Below are positions 26,688-37,692 of a stretch of 50,526 bases of DNA, piece after piece. Both the position numbers and the translations under genes were made by a program. The stretch spans positions 1-50,526 of the forward strand of contig CANHDY010000003.1 in the NCBI GenBank assembly GCA_947459535.1, in the 5' to 3' direction. Under the pieces are notes generated by a model. That model saw only the letters and a program-made list of their open reading frames with translations, was not told where the DNA came from and ran no database searches. Numbering within the stretch: the stretch's first letter is position 1; the number at the start of each line of letters is the position of its first letter. Source of the DNA: Rickettsiales bacterium. GTDB lineage: Bacteria > Pseudomonadota > Alphaproteobacteria > Rickettsiales > SXRF01.

Positions 26688-28226
26688 ATGACCAAAGACA
26701 AAATCATCATTTTTGACACCACACTGCGCGATGGCGAGCAGTCGCCCGGCATGTCGATGAATTTGGACGAAAAGCTCATGGTGGCGGAAGCGCTGGATGC
26801 GATGGGTGTCGATGTGATTGAGGCTGGGTTTGCCATGGCGTCGCAGGGTGATTTTGAATCGGTGCGTGAGATTGCACGCCGCATTAAAAATGCTGCTGTG
26901 TGCTCGCTGGCGCGTGCCAAGGCGGCCGATATTGAACGCGCTGCAGAAGCGCTGAAAGGCGCGCGGCAGCCGCGTATTCACACTTTTATTTCCACCAGCG
27001 ATATTCACCTGAAATACCAGTTCCGCCTTTCCAAAGAGCAGGTGCTTGAGATTATCCGCGAGACGGTGACACTCGCGCGCAGCTTTACGGACAATGTCGA
27101 ATGGTCGGCGATGGATGCGACGCGCAGCGATAAGGATTATCTGTGCAAAGCTGTGGAAACAGCAATCAAAGCCGGAGCGACGACGGTCAACATCCCCGAC
27201 ACCGTGGGCTACGCTACGCCGGATGATTATGGCGCGCTCATTAGCTACCTCAAAAATAATGTACCGAACATCGACAAGGCGATTATTTCCACCCATTGCC
27301 AGAACGATCTGGGGCTTGCCACTGCCAACAGCCTCGCCGCTGTTCGTGCAGGCGCAAGGCAGGTGGAATGCACCATCAATGGCATTGGCGAGCGCGCCGG
27401 CAACACCGCGCTGGAAGAGGTGGTGATGGCGATTAAAACACGCGCTGATATGTACCCCTACCAGACGAATATCGACGCCACGCACATCACCAAGCTTTCG
27501 CGCCTCGTGCAGAGCATCACTGGCGCGATGGTGCAGGTGAATAAAGCGATTGTCGGCGCGAATGCCTTTGCCCATGAATCGGGTATTCATCAGGATGGGA
27601 TGCTCAAGCACGCCGGCACCTATGAAATCATGACGCCGGAATCAGTTGGGCTTGCAAAGTCGAATCTCGTGCTTGGCAAACATTCTGGCCGCGCCGCGTT
27701 TCGCGATAAGCTTACGGAGCTGTCGATTGAAGTGGGCGAGAATGCGTTTGAAGATGCGTTTCACCGTTTCAAAGAACTCGCGGACAAAAAGAAAGATGTG
27801 TATGACGAAGATATCATTGCGCTGCTCGATGCTGAATCGCGCCGTGATGATGCGATTCAGCTGGAATCACTTCATATCACCTGCGGAACGATTGGCCCGC
27901 AGACCGCGATGCTCTGCCTGCGCGTGAATGGCGAAATCCGCCGTGCAACAGTGGAAGGCAATGGCCCGCTGGATGCCACCTTTAACGCGATTGGCGCGCT
28001 GGTGCCACACCGCGCGACGCTTAAGCTCTATCAGGTGAATGCCGTGACCCAGGGGATCGACGCGCAGGCGGAAGTGACCGTACGACTGGAAACACCGGAA
28101 GGTCGTATCATCAATGGCCATGGCTCGAGTATTGACACCATGGTGGCTTCGGCGATGGCCTATGTGAATGCGCTGTGCAAGCTGCAGATGATTCAGGAAC
28201 GGCAGGCGCTCATTCCGGCCGTTTGA
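26688..28226 (+). CDS. leuA: 2-isopropylmalate synthase
   Basis: [39 protein letters not shown]. Confidence 0.98.
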   Translation: MTKDKIIIFDTTLRDGEQSPGMSMNLDEKLMVAEALDAMGVDVIEAGFAMASQGDFESVREIARRIKNAAVCSLARAKAADIERAAEALKGARQPRIHTFISTSDIHLKYQFRLSKEQVLEIIRETVTLARSFTDNVEWSAMDATRSDKDYLCKAVETAIKAGATTVNIPDTVGYATPDDYGALISYLKNNVPNIDKAIISTHCQNDLGLATANSLAAVRAGARQVECTINGIGERAGNTALEEVVMAIKTRADMYPYQTNIDATHITKLSRLVQSITGAMVQVNKAIVGANAFAHESGIHQDGMLKHAGTYEIMTPESVGLAKSNLVLGKHSGRAAFRDKLTELSIEVGENAFEDAFHRFKELADKKKDVYDEDIIALLDAESRRDDAIQLESLHITCGTIGPQTAMLCLRVNGEIRRATVEGNGPLDATFNAIGALVPHRATLKLYQVNAVTQGIDAQAEVTVRLETPEGRIINGHGSSIDTMVASAMAYVNALCKLQMIQERQALIPAV

Positions 28227-29164
28227 TGATCCCGCTTAGCCGCAGACAATTTATTGGCCTGGCGAGCGTTTCGGCTTTGTTAGGAATATCAGGCGCTGGA
28301 ATAATAGCATCGCGGCCTCTTCGTTTCAGCGTTCATATTCGTACCGATGTTCCCTGGATGTTGGAAAAAGGAAATGCCGTCATCGCTGGTGTAAAGCGCC
28401 ATGGGCATATTGCATATCTCAGCGATTATCGCAAACCTACCGATGATGCAGATATTTCAGTGATTCACAGCTGGGGTCAGAAACAAATTATTCAACATAC
28501 TAAACGCCTCAATCGACGTTTGCTGGTTATGGAGGCTGGCTTTTTTCAGCCCCGTTTTGAGTGGTGCTCACTAGCTTGGGACGGGCTGAATGGTCTGGGA
28601 TTTGTTCCTTCTTCCCGCGATAGCGGCGCTCGATTTGAGAAGTATTTTGGTCATTTACTGAAGCCTTGGCGTTATGACCAAGAGGGTTATGCGTTGCTGA
28701 TTGGTCAGGTGCCCTGGGATCCTGCCATTTATGGTTTAAACATGAATCAATGGATTGCTGATATGGCGCAGCAATTGCTGGCACGGGGCTGGAGTGTGTT
28801 ATATCGGCCGCATCCAAAACACGTCGAATTGTTACGTCGCCGCGGCGAAATGCTATCCGTACCTGCCGGCACAACGCTTTCTAGCGGCAGTCTTGCAGAA
28901 GACTTGGATGGAGCAGCAGCTTGTTTTACTTATTCTTCCAATGCCTCTGTCGAAGCTGTGATGACCGGTGTTCCTACTGTGACGATGCACGAGGGAGCTA
29001 TTACCTGGCCCGTTACTTCACACAATATCGATCAACCGTTTTACTATCCTGACCGTACACTTTGGTGCCATGATATGGCATGGCGACACTGGCGAATAAG
29101 CGAGATCTCGGATGGTGGCGCATGGAGTCACATGTCGCGAGCATTGCCAATCTACCTTAGGTAA
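28226..29164 (+). CDS. KpsS/capsule-synthesis-like glycosyltransferase with a twin-arginine N-terminus
   Basis: SRRQFIG plus hydrophobic helix; LLIGQVPWD, YRPHPK and TYSSNASVEA..GVP resemble the Capsule_synth GT-B C-domain. Confidence 0.65.
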   Translation: MIPLSRRQFIGLASVSALLGISGAGIIASRPLRFSVHIRTDVPWMLEKGNAVIAGVKRHGHIAYLSDYRKPTDDADISVIHSWGQKQIIQHTKRLNRRLLVMEAGFFQPRFEWCSLAWDGLNGLGFVPSSRDSGARFEKYFGHLLKPWRYDQEGYALLIGQVPWDPAIYGLNMNQWIADMAQQLLARGWSVLYRPHPKHVELLRRRGEMLSVPAGTTLSSGSLAEDLDGAAACFTYSSNASVEAVMTGVPTVTMHEGAITWPVTSHNIDQPFYYPDRTLWCHDMAWRHWRISEISDGGAWSHMSRALPIYLR

Positions 29165-30062
29165 CAATCAGACAGAATCCGATGATTATCATTGTTCCGA
29201 GCAGCATGCGACGTTTAAACTGTATGCGCTCTTTCAGATAGAAATATCCTAGAATTATCTGAAATAAAATGCTCAAACGTTGCAATGTGAGTGCAACTGA
29301 AGTATCAAAATTCAGCATTACCACAGATAAAAGCAGGTGCATGAGCGGCAAGCATAATGCGGATATCAGCAAAGTTCTCATCGGTAGTTCTGCAACGCTA
29401 ATAGCAACCGATTTCATCCGCCCACTCAATGCAGCGGAAGCTGTACTGAGTGTCCCTACAAAAAAAAGCAGGATTAAAGAAACGCTAAGAACATCAAAGG
29501 TCAGTAGTAGCTTCTTTTGTAAAGTTGCTGCGTAAGCAGTTGGAATAGTCGCAAGAAAAGCGCATCGCACCGCACGAGAGCTGCGCAGAAGCATGAAGGG
29601 TTGCAACAATCGGTGCTTTATACCCGCCTGTGTCTCTGGCGACAAAAACAATGCATAGATGCTGCCGCATATTAGCAGCATGCCTATAAACTGATTGAGG
29701 GATGGAAACTCGCCTAGGAGAAAGAAACTGAAAGCTAGAGTATAGATTGGAGTCAATGCTGAGAATGCTGTCACATTGGCGATATCGGTTCTTGAATAGG
29801 CATAAAAATAAAGCTCTCGCGATATGGCAAGCAATGCTGCCATGGATAGAATGATTGTCCAATGGTCAGTCATCAAGGATAAGGCACTATGCACATCCAC
29901 ACTAGCCAACCATACTGGTAATAGGACAAGTGCTGCCGCTAAGTGGCCGGCAGAAAGTAGTGCGGTACTGGAAAGCAGCTTATTTGCTTTCATCACCTGT
30001 GAAATGTAAGCAAAATAAAAAGCAGTTATCAGAGCGCTTGCTAGTGCCAATAGAACATCCAT
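29157..30062 (-). CDS. EamA/DMT-family transporter
   Basis: About 10 TM helices in two repeats; FFLLGE and FYLKER repeat ends. Confidence 0.85.
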   Translation of the reverse strand: MDVLLALASALITAFYFAYISQVMKANKLLSSTALLSAGHLAAALVLLPVWLASVDVHSALSLMTDHWTIILSMAALLAISRELYFYAYSRTDIANVTAFSALTPIYTLAFSFFLLGEFPSLNQFIGMLLICGSIYALFLSPETQAGIKHRLLQPFMLLRSSRAVRCAFLATIPTAYAATLQKKLLLTFDVLSVSLILLFFVGTLSTASAALSGRMKSVAISVAELPMRTLLISALCLPLMHLLLSVVMLNFDTSVALTLQRLSILFQIILGYFYLKERIQFKRRMLLGTMIIIGFCLIVT

Positions 30063-30137
30063 AGCAACTTACTATAGCTGATTCATTGCAAATGGGTTTA
30101 CATATGTGTTTGATTGTTGATTAAAGTAGGCATTTAG

Positions 30138-32024
30138 ATGAATAGTGTAATCCAGCAGCTTTTCTCGGTTGACCTGCGCTCGCTGGCGCTGTTTCGCGTG
30201 ATGCTGGCGCTTTCCATCCTGCTGAACCTCGCCATTTTACTGCCTGATCTTTCGGTGTTCCTCAGCGATAGTGGGCTTTATCCCCGCCGCACTGCGATGG
30301 GCTCGTCTTATGGCTGGTCGCTTTATTTTATCCATGGTAGCAGCTGGTTCTCACTGCTGATGCTGCTGCTAAACAGCCTTGCAGCGCTGCTGCTGCTGGT
30401 GGGGTATCGCACGCGCTGGATGACTATTTTCTGCTGGGTATTTGCTGTCTCACTCGATAGTAGAATTTCGGGTCTTACCAGCGGTGCGGACACTTATCTG
30501 CGTCTTTTGCTTTTCTGGGGCATGTTCCTGCCGCTCGGCGCGCGCTATTCGGTGGATGAGGCGATGAATAAAGCGCCTGCGCCAGCTGCACCTTATTTTT
30601 CATGGGCGGTGGTAGGGGTACTGGTGCAGGTGGCCTGCCTTTACCTGTTCAGCGCGCTGCTTAAAACTGGCGCGCACTGGCGTGAAACCTATGATGCTGT
30701 TTATTATACGCTCAGCACGCCGGAAATCACTACCCCGCTGGCCGCGTATGTGGCTTCGCATGTTGATATGCTGCGCGGCCTGACATTTTATGTGTATCAT
30801 CTCGAGCTGGTTGCGGTGCTTTTCCTTTTTGCGCCCATCTTCACCGCGCCGGCTCGGCTGGCGATCATTGGCCTGCTGGCGCTGATGCATATTGGCTTTG
30901 CGCTCTTTCTTTCGATTGGATTTTTCCCGCTCATTAGTCTTGCGGGGCTTACGGTATTTCTGCCGCCACTTTTCTGGGAAAGGCTGCTGCCAGAGCGCCG
31001 CCAGCGCATTCGCATCTACTACGATGAAGACTGTGGTTTCTGCCGCAAAACCTGCCTGATATTTCGCGCGCTGGGCATGCCGCCAGCCACCGAAGTGCTG
31101 CCAGCGCAGCAAACTGCCGAGATACGAGAGATATTGGAACGGGAAAATAGCTGGGTAGTGGAGGATGAAAAAGGTAGGCGGTGGCTGCGCTGGGAAGCAG
31201 TGGCATGGTGCTGGCGGCGCTCGGCGATATTATGGCCGCTGGGTTTGATATTCGCCGCTCCGCCAATGAACATGCTTGGCGACAGGATCTATCGATTTAT
31301 CGCCACCCATCGCGGTGATTTTGGAACACTCAGCGCAAAGCTCGTGCCTGAAAAAGAGCACGATCCCGCGGCGCCACTGCCCGTTGCTGTCAGCTATCTG
31401 ATGGCGGCGCTGGTGATGGTGGTGGTGGCGTGGAATATCGCAACATTGAAGAGCAAACCACAAGCTATTTACCCGTCATTGATCTCGGATACGGTGCAGC
31501 TGCTGGGGCTGCGACAGAAAATGGGCTTCTTTGCGCCGCAGCCAATCAGTCGTTCGCGCTGGGTGGTCGTGGAAGGAGAGCTTGTAAACGGCCAGATGGT
31601 GAATGCGCTGTTTGAACGGGCGGAGCCGCCGTCGCACCAGATGGCCGCCCATGGATTTGCGATGAACCCTGGCTATCGCTGGCGCAAGTTTTTCTCCAGC
31701 ATTAATATCGAGCGTCATCGCATGATCATGGGGCGCTACTTCTGCCAGCGCTATGATGCATGGAAAACACCCGGCATAGCAGCGATGAAGGCCGTGCATG
31801 TTGTGCTTTATCAGCAGCCAACTCCGCCGCCGGGCAATGCGGCAGCCGAGACACAAAAACTACTCCACCTGCGCTATGACTGCGCATCGCGCAAGGCAGA
31901 AGTTTTATTTAAGAAGCAAAAGAGAGCCACTGACAATCTTCACAATGACAAAACGACCAAGCCAGCGCCAGAACTGGAGGCTTATATTGACGCGGTTGTA
32001 CGCGAACCCGGATCTGATCAGTAA
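30138..32024 (+). CDS. HTTM-domain membrane protein fused to a DCC1-like thiol-disulfide oxidoreductase domain
   Basis: DLRSLALFR, LLLVGYRTR and FLPLGARYSVD HTTM motifs; IYYDEDCGFC DCC motif. Confidence 0.85.
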   Translation: MNSVIQQLFSVDLRSLALFRVMLALSILLNLAILLPDLSVFLSDSGLYPRRTAMGSSYGWSLYFIHGSSWFSLLMLLLNSLAALLLLVGYRTRWMTIFCWVFAVSLDSRISGLTSGADTYLRLLLFWGMFLPLGARYSVDEAMNKAPAPAAPYFSWAVVGVLVQVACLYLFSALLKTGAHWRETYDAVYYTLSTPEITTPLAAYVASHVDMLRGLTFYVYHLELVAVLFLFAPIFTAPARLAIIGLLALMHIGFALFLSIGFFPLISLAGLTVFLPPLFWERLLPERRQRIRIYYDEDCGFCRKTCLIFRALGMPPATEVLPAQQTAEIREILERENSWVVEDEKGRRWLRWEAVAWCWRRSAILWPLGLIFAAPPMNMLGDRIYRFIATHRGDFGTLSAKLVPEKEHDPAAPLPVAVSYLMAALVMVVVAWNIATLKSKPQAIYPSLISDTVQLLGLRQKMGFFAPQPISRSRWVVVEGELVNGQMVNALFERAEPPSHQMAAHGFAMNPGYRWRKFFSSINIERHRMIMGRYFCQRYDAWKTPGIAAMKAVHVVLYQQPTPPPGNAAAETQKLLHLRYDCASRKAEVLFKKQKRATDNLHNDKTTKPAPELEAYIDAVVREPGSDQ

Positions 32025-32059
32025 TCTGTTGCCTTATTTTGAGGCCGCGCTACAAGTAG

Positions 32060-33133
<1,074 letters not shown>

Positions 33134-33237
33134 TTTGCATCCCACCGTGGCTTCCAATCTATTTGTGTGAAAGCCATGCAGGCGTCGTTTTTTTGCGAGC
33201 GATGAAGCAGCTTTTACGCAATACCCATCGAAGAGTA

Positions 33238-33253
33238 TTAAGATTTACTTAAC
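33238..33253 (+). promoter_or_regulatory. CtrA box upstream of mreC
   Basis: TTAA-GATTTAC-TTAAC matches TTAA-N7-TTAAC. Confidence 0.65.
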
Positions 33254-33334
33254 AGCCGGGATAAAAGTTGTCTTATCGAGATTTCTTTCTTGCGCGTTAT
33301 TTGCGAAAGAGTAACAATTGACATGTAACATATT

Positions 33335-34171
33335 GTGTCTATGGCAGTGAAACGACCACAATCTATTCGCATTGCGCCGCCCTCCTTTCGGCTGTGGTTT
33401 TCTCGTGCTGGCCTCGCGCTCATGCTCGCGGCATCTGCGTCACTTGTCATGATGAGCAAGGCAGAAAATCCAGCCGCAGTTAAGCTGCGTACCAGTATCA
33501 GCGATGCGCTGGCACCGGTTCTGGCGGTGGCAGCCAGCCCTATGGATGCTGTTTCGGCAGCGGGTCAGTCGCTGGCAGGGATGGTGAATCTGTATCACGA
33601 AAATATTGCGCTTAAGAATCAGAACATCGAGCTTCTCAAGTGGCAGGCGATGGCTAAAGATATGCAGCAGGAAAACGAGTCGCTTCGTCGTCTGCTCAAT
33701 GTGGTGCCACAACCTGGCCGCAGCTATGTCTCTGCCCGTGTTGTGGCCGATGCTTCCGGTCCTTATGCGAATGCGGTATTGATTCAAAGTGCGGATACGC
33801 TGACGGTAGAAAAAGATCAGGCGGTGATTAATGATCGTGGCTTAGTTGGTCGAGTGGTGGATGTAGGAACAAAAACCGCGCGCGTGCTGCTGCTGACGGA
33901 TATCAACTCGCGTGTGCCGGTGGTGCTGGAGCGTACCCGTGAAAAGGCTATGCTTGCCGGTAGTAATGATGGTCTGCCCTCGCTGCTCTATCTCGCGGTG
34001 AATACACAAGTGGCTCTGGGTGATCGGCTGGTGACCTCTGGTGATGGCGGCGTATTTCCGCCGGGTGTTCCGGTGGGCGTGGTGAGTGCCAATGACAATG
34101 GCATATTTAAGATCGAGCCGTTTGTTCGGGCATCGCAGCTTGAATATGTCAGTGTTGTCACGACCCATTAG
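33335..34171 (+). CDS. mreC: Rod shape-determining protein MreC
   Basis: ENESLRRLL, GLVGRV, VTSGDGGVFPPGVPVG; operon position. Confidence 0.95.
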   Translation: MSMAVKRPQSIRIAPPSFRLWFSRAGLALMLAASASLVMMSKAENPAAVKLRTSISDALAPVLAVAASPMDAVSAAGQSLAGMVNLYHENIALKNQNIELLKWQAMAKDMQQENESLRRLLNVVPQPGRSYVSARVVADASGPYANAVLIQSADTLTVEKDQAVINDRGLVGRVVDVGTKTARVLLLTDINSRVPVVLERTREKAMLAGSNDGLPSLLYLAVNTQVALGDRLVTSGDGGVFPPGVPVGVVSANDNGIFKIEPFVRASQLEYVSVVTTH

Positions 34172-34176
34172 TTTCC

Positions 34177-34716
34177 ATGATTACCGATCGTTTTAGGCAG
34201 TTCTGGCTGTTGGTTCTGGCAGCGGTTCCCGGTATGCTGCTGCTGCTTGCCATCATTCTCACTATGGCACCCAAGCATGTGGAGGGGCTGTCGCGTTTCA
34301 TGCCGCTGCTTTACCTGCCGGTGGTCTATTATTGGGGCATGCACCATGCACGCCACATGCCGTATTGGCTGGTGTTTGCCGCAGGGCTGGTGGTCGATGC
34401 GCTGGGCGCGCAGCCCACCATGGGGCTTCATGCCTTGCTGCTGCTGGGATTCCTGATGGCGGTGCATCGCCAGCACCGAACCATGCACAAGGAAGGGTTT
34501 GTGCTGCAATGGGCGATGTTTGCTGCCCTCATATTGGGGCTGGCCTGCTGCCAGTGGGTGCTGATGATGCTTTATTATCAGGCCTATGTCAGCCCTGCTT
34601 CCGGTGTGATGCAATGGGTTCTGACTGTGTGTCTCTATCCGCTGTTGCATCAGCTCTTTGATGGCATGAACCACGTGCTGCAACATCGGCGCTATCTCTT
34701 GCTGCATGGCAGGTAG
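34177..34716 (+). CDS. mreD: Rod shape-determining protein MreD
   Basis: Hydrophobic; VYYW...P...VFAAGLVVDAL; lies between mreC and mrdA. Confidence 0.88.
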   Translation: MITDRFRQFWLLVLAAVPGMLLLLAIILTMAPKHVEGLSRFMPLLYLPVVYYWGMHHARHMPYWLVFAAGLVVDALGAQPTMGLHALLLLGFLMAVHRQHRTMHKEGFVLQWAMFAALILGLACCQWVLMMLYYQAYVSPASGVMQWVLTVCLYPLLHQLFDGMNHVLQHRRYLLLHGR

Positions 34717-34719
34717 TCG

Positions 34720-36525
34720 ATGCCCAGGGAGAATGATAAGCAACGCATTTTTTCCAGGCGCGCGCTGATTCTTGGTGGTTTGCAGGGCGCTGCATTTTCT
34801 ATTCTGGCCGGGCGGTTATTTTACCTTCAGTTCATGAAGGCGGATGAGTATAAAACACAGGCGGAAAATAACCGGATTAAACTTCAGCTCATTACGCCGG
34901 AGCGTGGCCAGATTCTCGATCGCTTTGGTCTGCCGCTGGCAACGAATGAAAAGAATTTCCGCCTGTTTATTGACTACAGCACGCTGAAGCAGAAAGATTT
35001 TATCGCCAGTGTGGAAATGCTGCAGACCATGCTGCCGCTGCCGGAAAAACGCTACAAACAATTGTTGAAGACACGCGTTAGCACGGCCTCTATGCCCGAA
35101 TTGCTGCATGAGCACCTCAGCTGGCAGCAGGTGTCGATGATTGAGCTGAATCTGCTGTCGCTACCGGGTATGTATGTGGATATTGGGCAGGTGCGTCACT
35201 ATCCGCTGAAGGATGAAGCGGCGCATCTACTTGGCTATGTGGGTGCGGTATCGGAAGATGACTTGTCGCCGGACGACCCGCCGCTGATGCGTCTGCCGGA
35301 TTTTAAAATCGGTAAAAACGGCGTGGAAAAAATGCTGGAAGACGAGTTGCGCGGCACTGCCGGCATACGCCAGCTGGAGGTGAATGTGCGCGGGGTACCG
35401 GTGCGCGAGGTGAGCAACCGCGAAAGCGTGCCAGGCAAGAATATTCGTCTGACGATTGATCGCCAGCTGCAGGATTATATTGCTGACTATGTGAAGGAGG
35501 AGAGTGCCTCGGCGGTGGTGATGGAGGTGGATACGGGCAATGTGCTGGCGCTGGTCTCCATGCCGGCATTTGATCCGAACAGCTTCAGTGTCGGTATTTC
35601 CAGCGATGAATGGGACGCACTCAATAAAAACAAAAAAAATCCACTCATGAACAAGGCGATTACCGGTCAATACCCGCCGGGATCCACCTTCAAAATGCTG
35701 GTCGGGATGGCGGGCATTGAATCCGGTATGTTCAATACGGCTTCGAGTGTTTTTTGTCCGGGGCATTTCATGCTGGGGGATCACCGCTTTAATTGCTGGA
35801 AACCGGAAGGCCATGGCACGGTGAATTTTCATGATGCGGTGGTGCAGTCCTGCGATACCTATTTTTATACGGTGGCGCAGCGCATCGGCATTGAACGCTA
35901 TGCGGAAGTAGCGCGGCGATTTGGTCTGGGTCAGCTCTATAATATCGGGCTGATAGGTGAAAAAGCGGGCATTATTCCGGATCCCGAATGGAAAATGAAA
36001 CGCTTCAAACAGCGCTGGACGGGCGGGGATACCATTAACTGCTCCATCGGTCAGGGGTTTGTGCTTTCAACGCCGTTGCAGCTGGCCACCATGACAGCGC
36101 GTATGTGTAGCGGACGACAAGTGGTGCCGCGCCTTTATGTTCCTGACGATGCACGGCCAGTTAATTTTGATCCCATCGCTATCAAGGAATCGCTGCTGAG
36201 AGTTAATCTCGAATCGATGATTGATGTGGTCAATAGCGAAATGGGTACCGCCTATGGCAAGCGCATCATGGAGCCGCGCTTTGCGTTTGGTGGCAAGACT
36301 GGCACGTCACAGGTGCGGCGCATCACGCAGCGCGGGGTGGATCAGAAAACCATCCCATGGGAGCAGCGCCACCACGCGCTGTTTGTTGGTTTTGCGCCGG
36401 TAGACAAGCCGAAATATGCCTGCTGTGTCGTGGTGGAACATGGCGGCGGCGGATCAGCGGCTGCTGCGCCGGTTGCTCGTGATATTCTGCTCAAAATCCA
36501 GCAGCTTGATGAGGCAAGAAGCTAA
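34720..36525 (+). CDS. mrdA: Penicillin-binding protein 2
   Basis: PPGSTFK (SxxK), SCD (SxD), KTGT. Confidence 0.96.
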   Translation: MPRENDKQRIFSRRALILGGLQGAAFSILAGRLFYLQFMKADEYKTQAENNRIKLQLITPERGQILDRFGLPLATNEKNFRLFIDYSTLKQKDFIASVEMLQTMLPLPEKRYKQLLKTRVSTASMPELLHEHLSWQQVSMIELNLLSLPGMYVDIGQVRHYPLKDEAAHLLGYVGAVSEDDLSPDDPPLMRLPDFKIGKNGVEKMLEDELRGTAGIRQLEVNVRGVPVREVSNRESVPGKNIRLTIDRQLQDYIADYVKEESASAVVMEVDTGNVLALVSMPAFDPNSFSVGISSDEWDALNKNKKNPLMNKAITGQYPPGSTFKMLVGMAGIESGMFNTASSVFCPGHFMLGDHRFNCWKPEGHGTVNFHDAVVQSCDTYFYTVAQRIGIERYAEVARRFGLGQLYNIGLIGEKAGIIPDPEWKMKRFKQRWTGGDTINCSIGQGFVLSTPLQLATMTARMCSGRQVVPRLYVPDDARPVNFDPIAIKESLLRVNLESMIDVVNSEMGTAYGKRIMEPRFAFGGKTGTSQVRRITQRGVDQKTIPWEQRHHALFVGFAPVDKPKYACCVVVEHGGGGSAAAAPVARDILLKIQQLDEARS

Positions 36526-36527
36526 GC

Positions 36528-36944
36528 TTATTCCTCGTCAATATATTGCTTTTCCATCTTTTCATGGCGTTCCTGCGCCTCGATGGTCATGGTGGCAATC
36601 GGTCGTGCTTCCAGGCGTTTAAGGCCAATCGGATCGCCGGTTTCTTCGCAATAGCCATAGGTGCCATCATCGATGCGCTTCAGCGCGGCATCGATTTTGC
36701 CGATTAATTTTAAATAGCGGTTGCGGGTGCGTAGTTCAACGCCGGCTTCGGTTTCAAGCGAAGCACGGTCAGACAGATCAGGCTCGCGCCAGTTTTCTTC
36801 CTTGAGGTTGTTGATGGTTTCCTGCGATTCGGCTAGCAATTCATCGCGCCATGCCGTCAGTTTCTGGCGGAAATATTCCAGCTGTTTGGCACTCATGTAT
36901 TTTTCATCGGCGGTGGGTTTGTAGCCCTTGGGAAGTTTGGTCAT
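36528..36944 (-). CDS. dksA: RNA polymerase-binding protein DksA
   Basis: DLSDRAS, YGYCEETGDPIGLKRLEARP. Confidence 0.96.
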   Translation of the reverse strand: MTKLPKGYKPTADEKYMSAKQLEYFRQKLTAWRDELLAESQETINNLKEENWREPDLSDRASLETEAGVELRTRNRYLKLIGKIDAALKRIDDGTYGYCEETGDPIGLKRLEARPIATMTIEAQERHEKMEKQYIDEE

Positions 36945-37054
36945 CGCACACCTCTTCAATGGTTTGATGGTTGTTTAGGATGATTGGTTAAAATTTTTAC
37001 CCTGTTATCGAAGGAAAGCGTGTATAGCGCCAGAGCATTTAAAAAGCAACCCGT

Positions 37055-37513
37055 TTAACCTTTTGGTCTGTCAGCCTGTGCTTTGGCTGCCATTTCCAGC
37101 TTGGCCTGCTCTACGGCGGCGCGCAGCTCAATATCATCGAGCAGTGCCAGCAGTGCGGGATCGCTTGCCGTGGCGCGATGGCTGGCAAGTTCGCTGCTAA
37201 GACTACTTAGTGTGCTGAGCGTCACCTGCCCAAGCAGCAGCTGCTGACGCAGCATATCCAGCTTATCCAGCAGGTTTTGCCCGCGTGTCAGCAGCTGGCG
37301 GCGCTGCACCTCATCGTCCGAAACCTCCTGCAGCGCCAGCATGGTGTGCACATCAGCGGTGGGGGTAATGTCACTTAGGCTTGCGGGTGCGTCGGCGCCG
37401 GAATCCAGCGCGCTGAGAACATCCGCGAAGCTGCTGCCCGAGGCGCTGGCGGCGCGGGCGCGGCGGCGTATTTCGGCGGCAGTTTTAATCGGGTTGGAAT
37501 CACTGATACGCAT
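37055..37513 (-). CDS. fliX: Flagellar assembly regulator FliX
   Basis: LALQEV, GQNLLDKLD, DIELRAAVE.AKLE; divergent from flgI as in Caulobacter. Confidence 0.9.
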   Translation of the reverse strand: MRISDSNPIKTAAEIRRRARAASASGSSFADVLSALDSGADAPASLSDITPTADVHTMLALQEVSDDEVQRRQLLTRGQNLLDKLDMLRQQLLLGQVTLSTLSSLSSELASHRATASDPALLALLDDIELRAAVEQAKLEMAAKAQADRPKG

Positions 37514-37645
37514 GAAAACATCATAGTCCAAGCCGAGGCATGACGTAAAGCGGCATGAGTAGAGGTGGTGAAGGCTGCTGTGGCAGCTTTTACCTACTCT
37601 ACTATCAAAGGCCATTTTTATTTATACAAAACAACAATCTAACTT

Positions 37646-37661
37646 TGGCACGGCTTTCGCA
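37646..37661 (+). promoter_or_regulatory. Sigma-54 promoter of the flgI operon
   Basis: TGGCAC-GGCTT-TCGCA, with GG-N10-GC spacing. Confidence 0.75.
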
Positions 37662-37692
37662 TGGTGGATGGCGATGATTTCAAGGGGAATGT

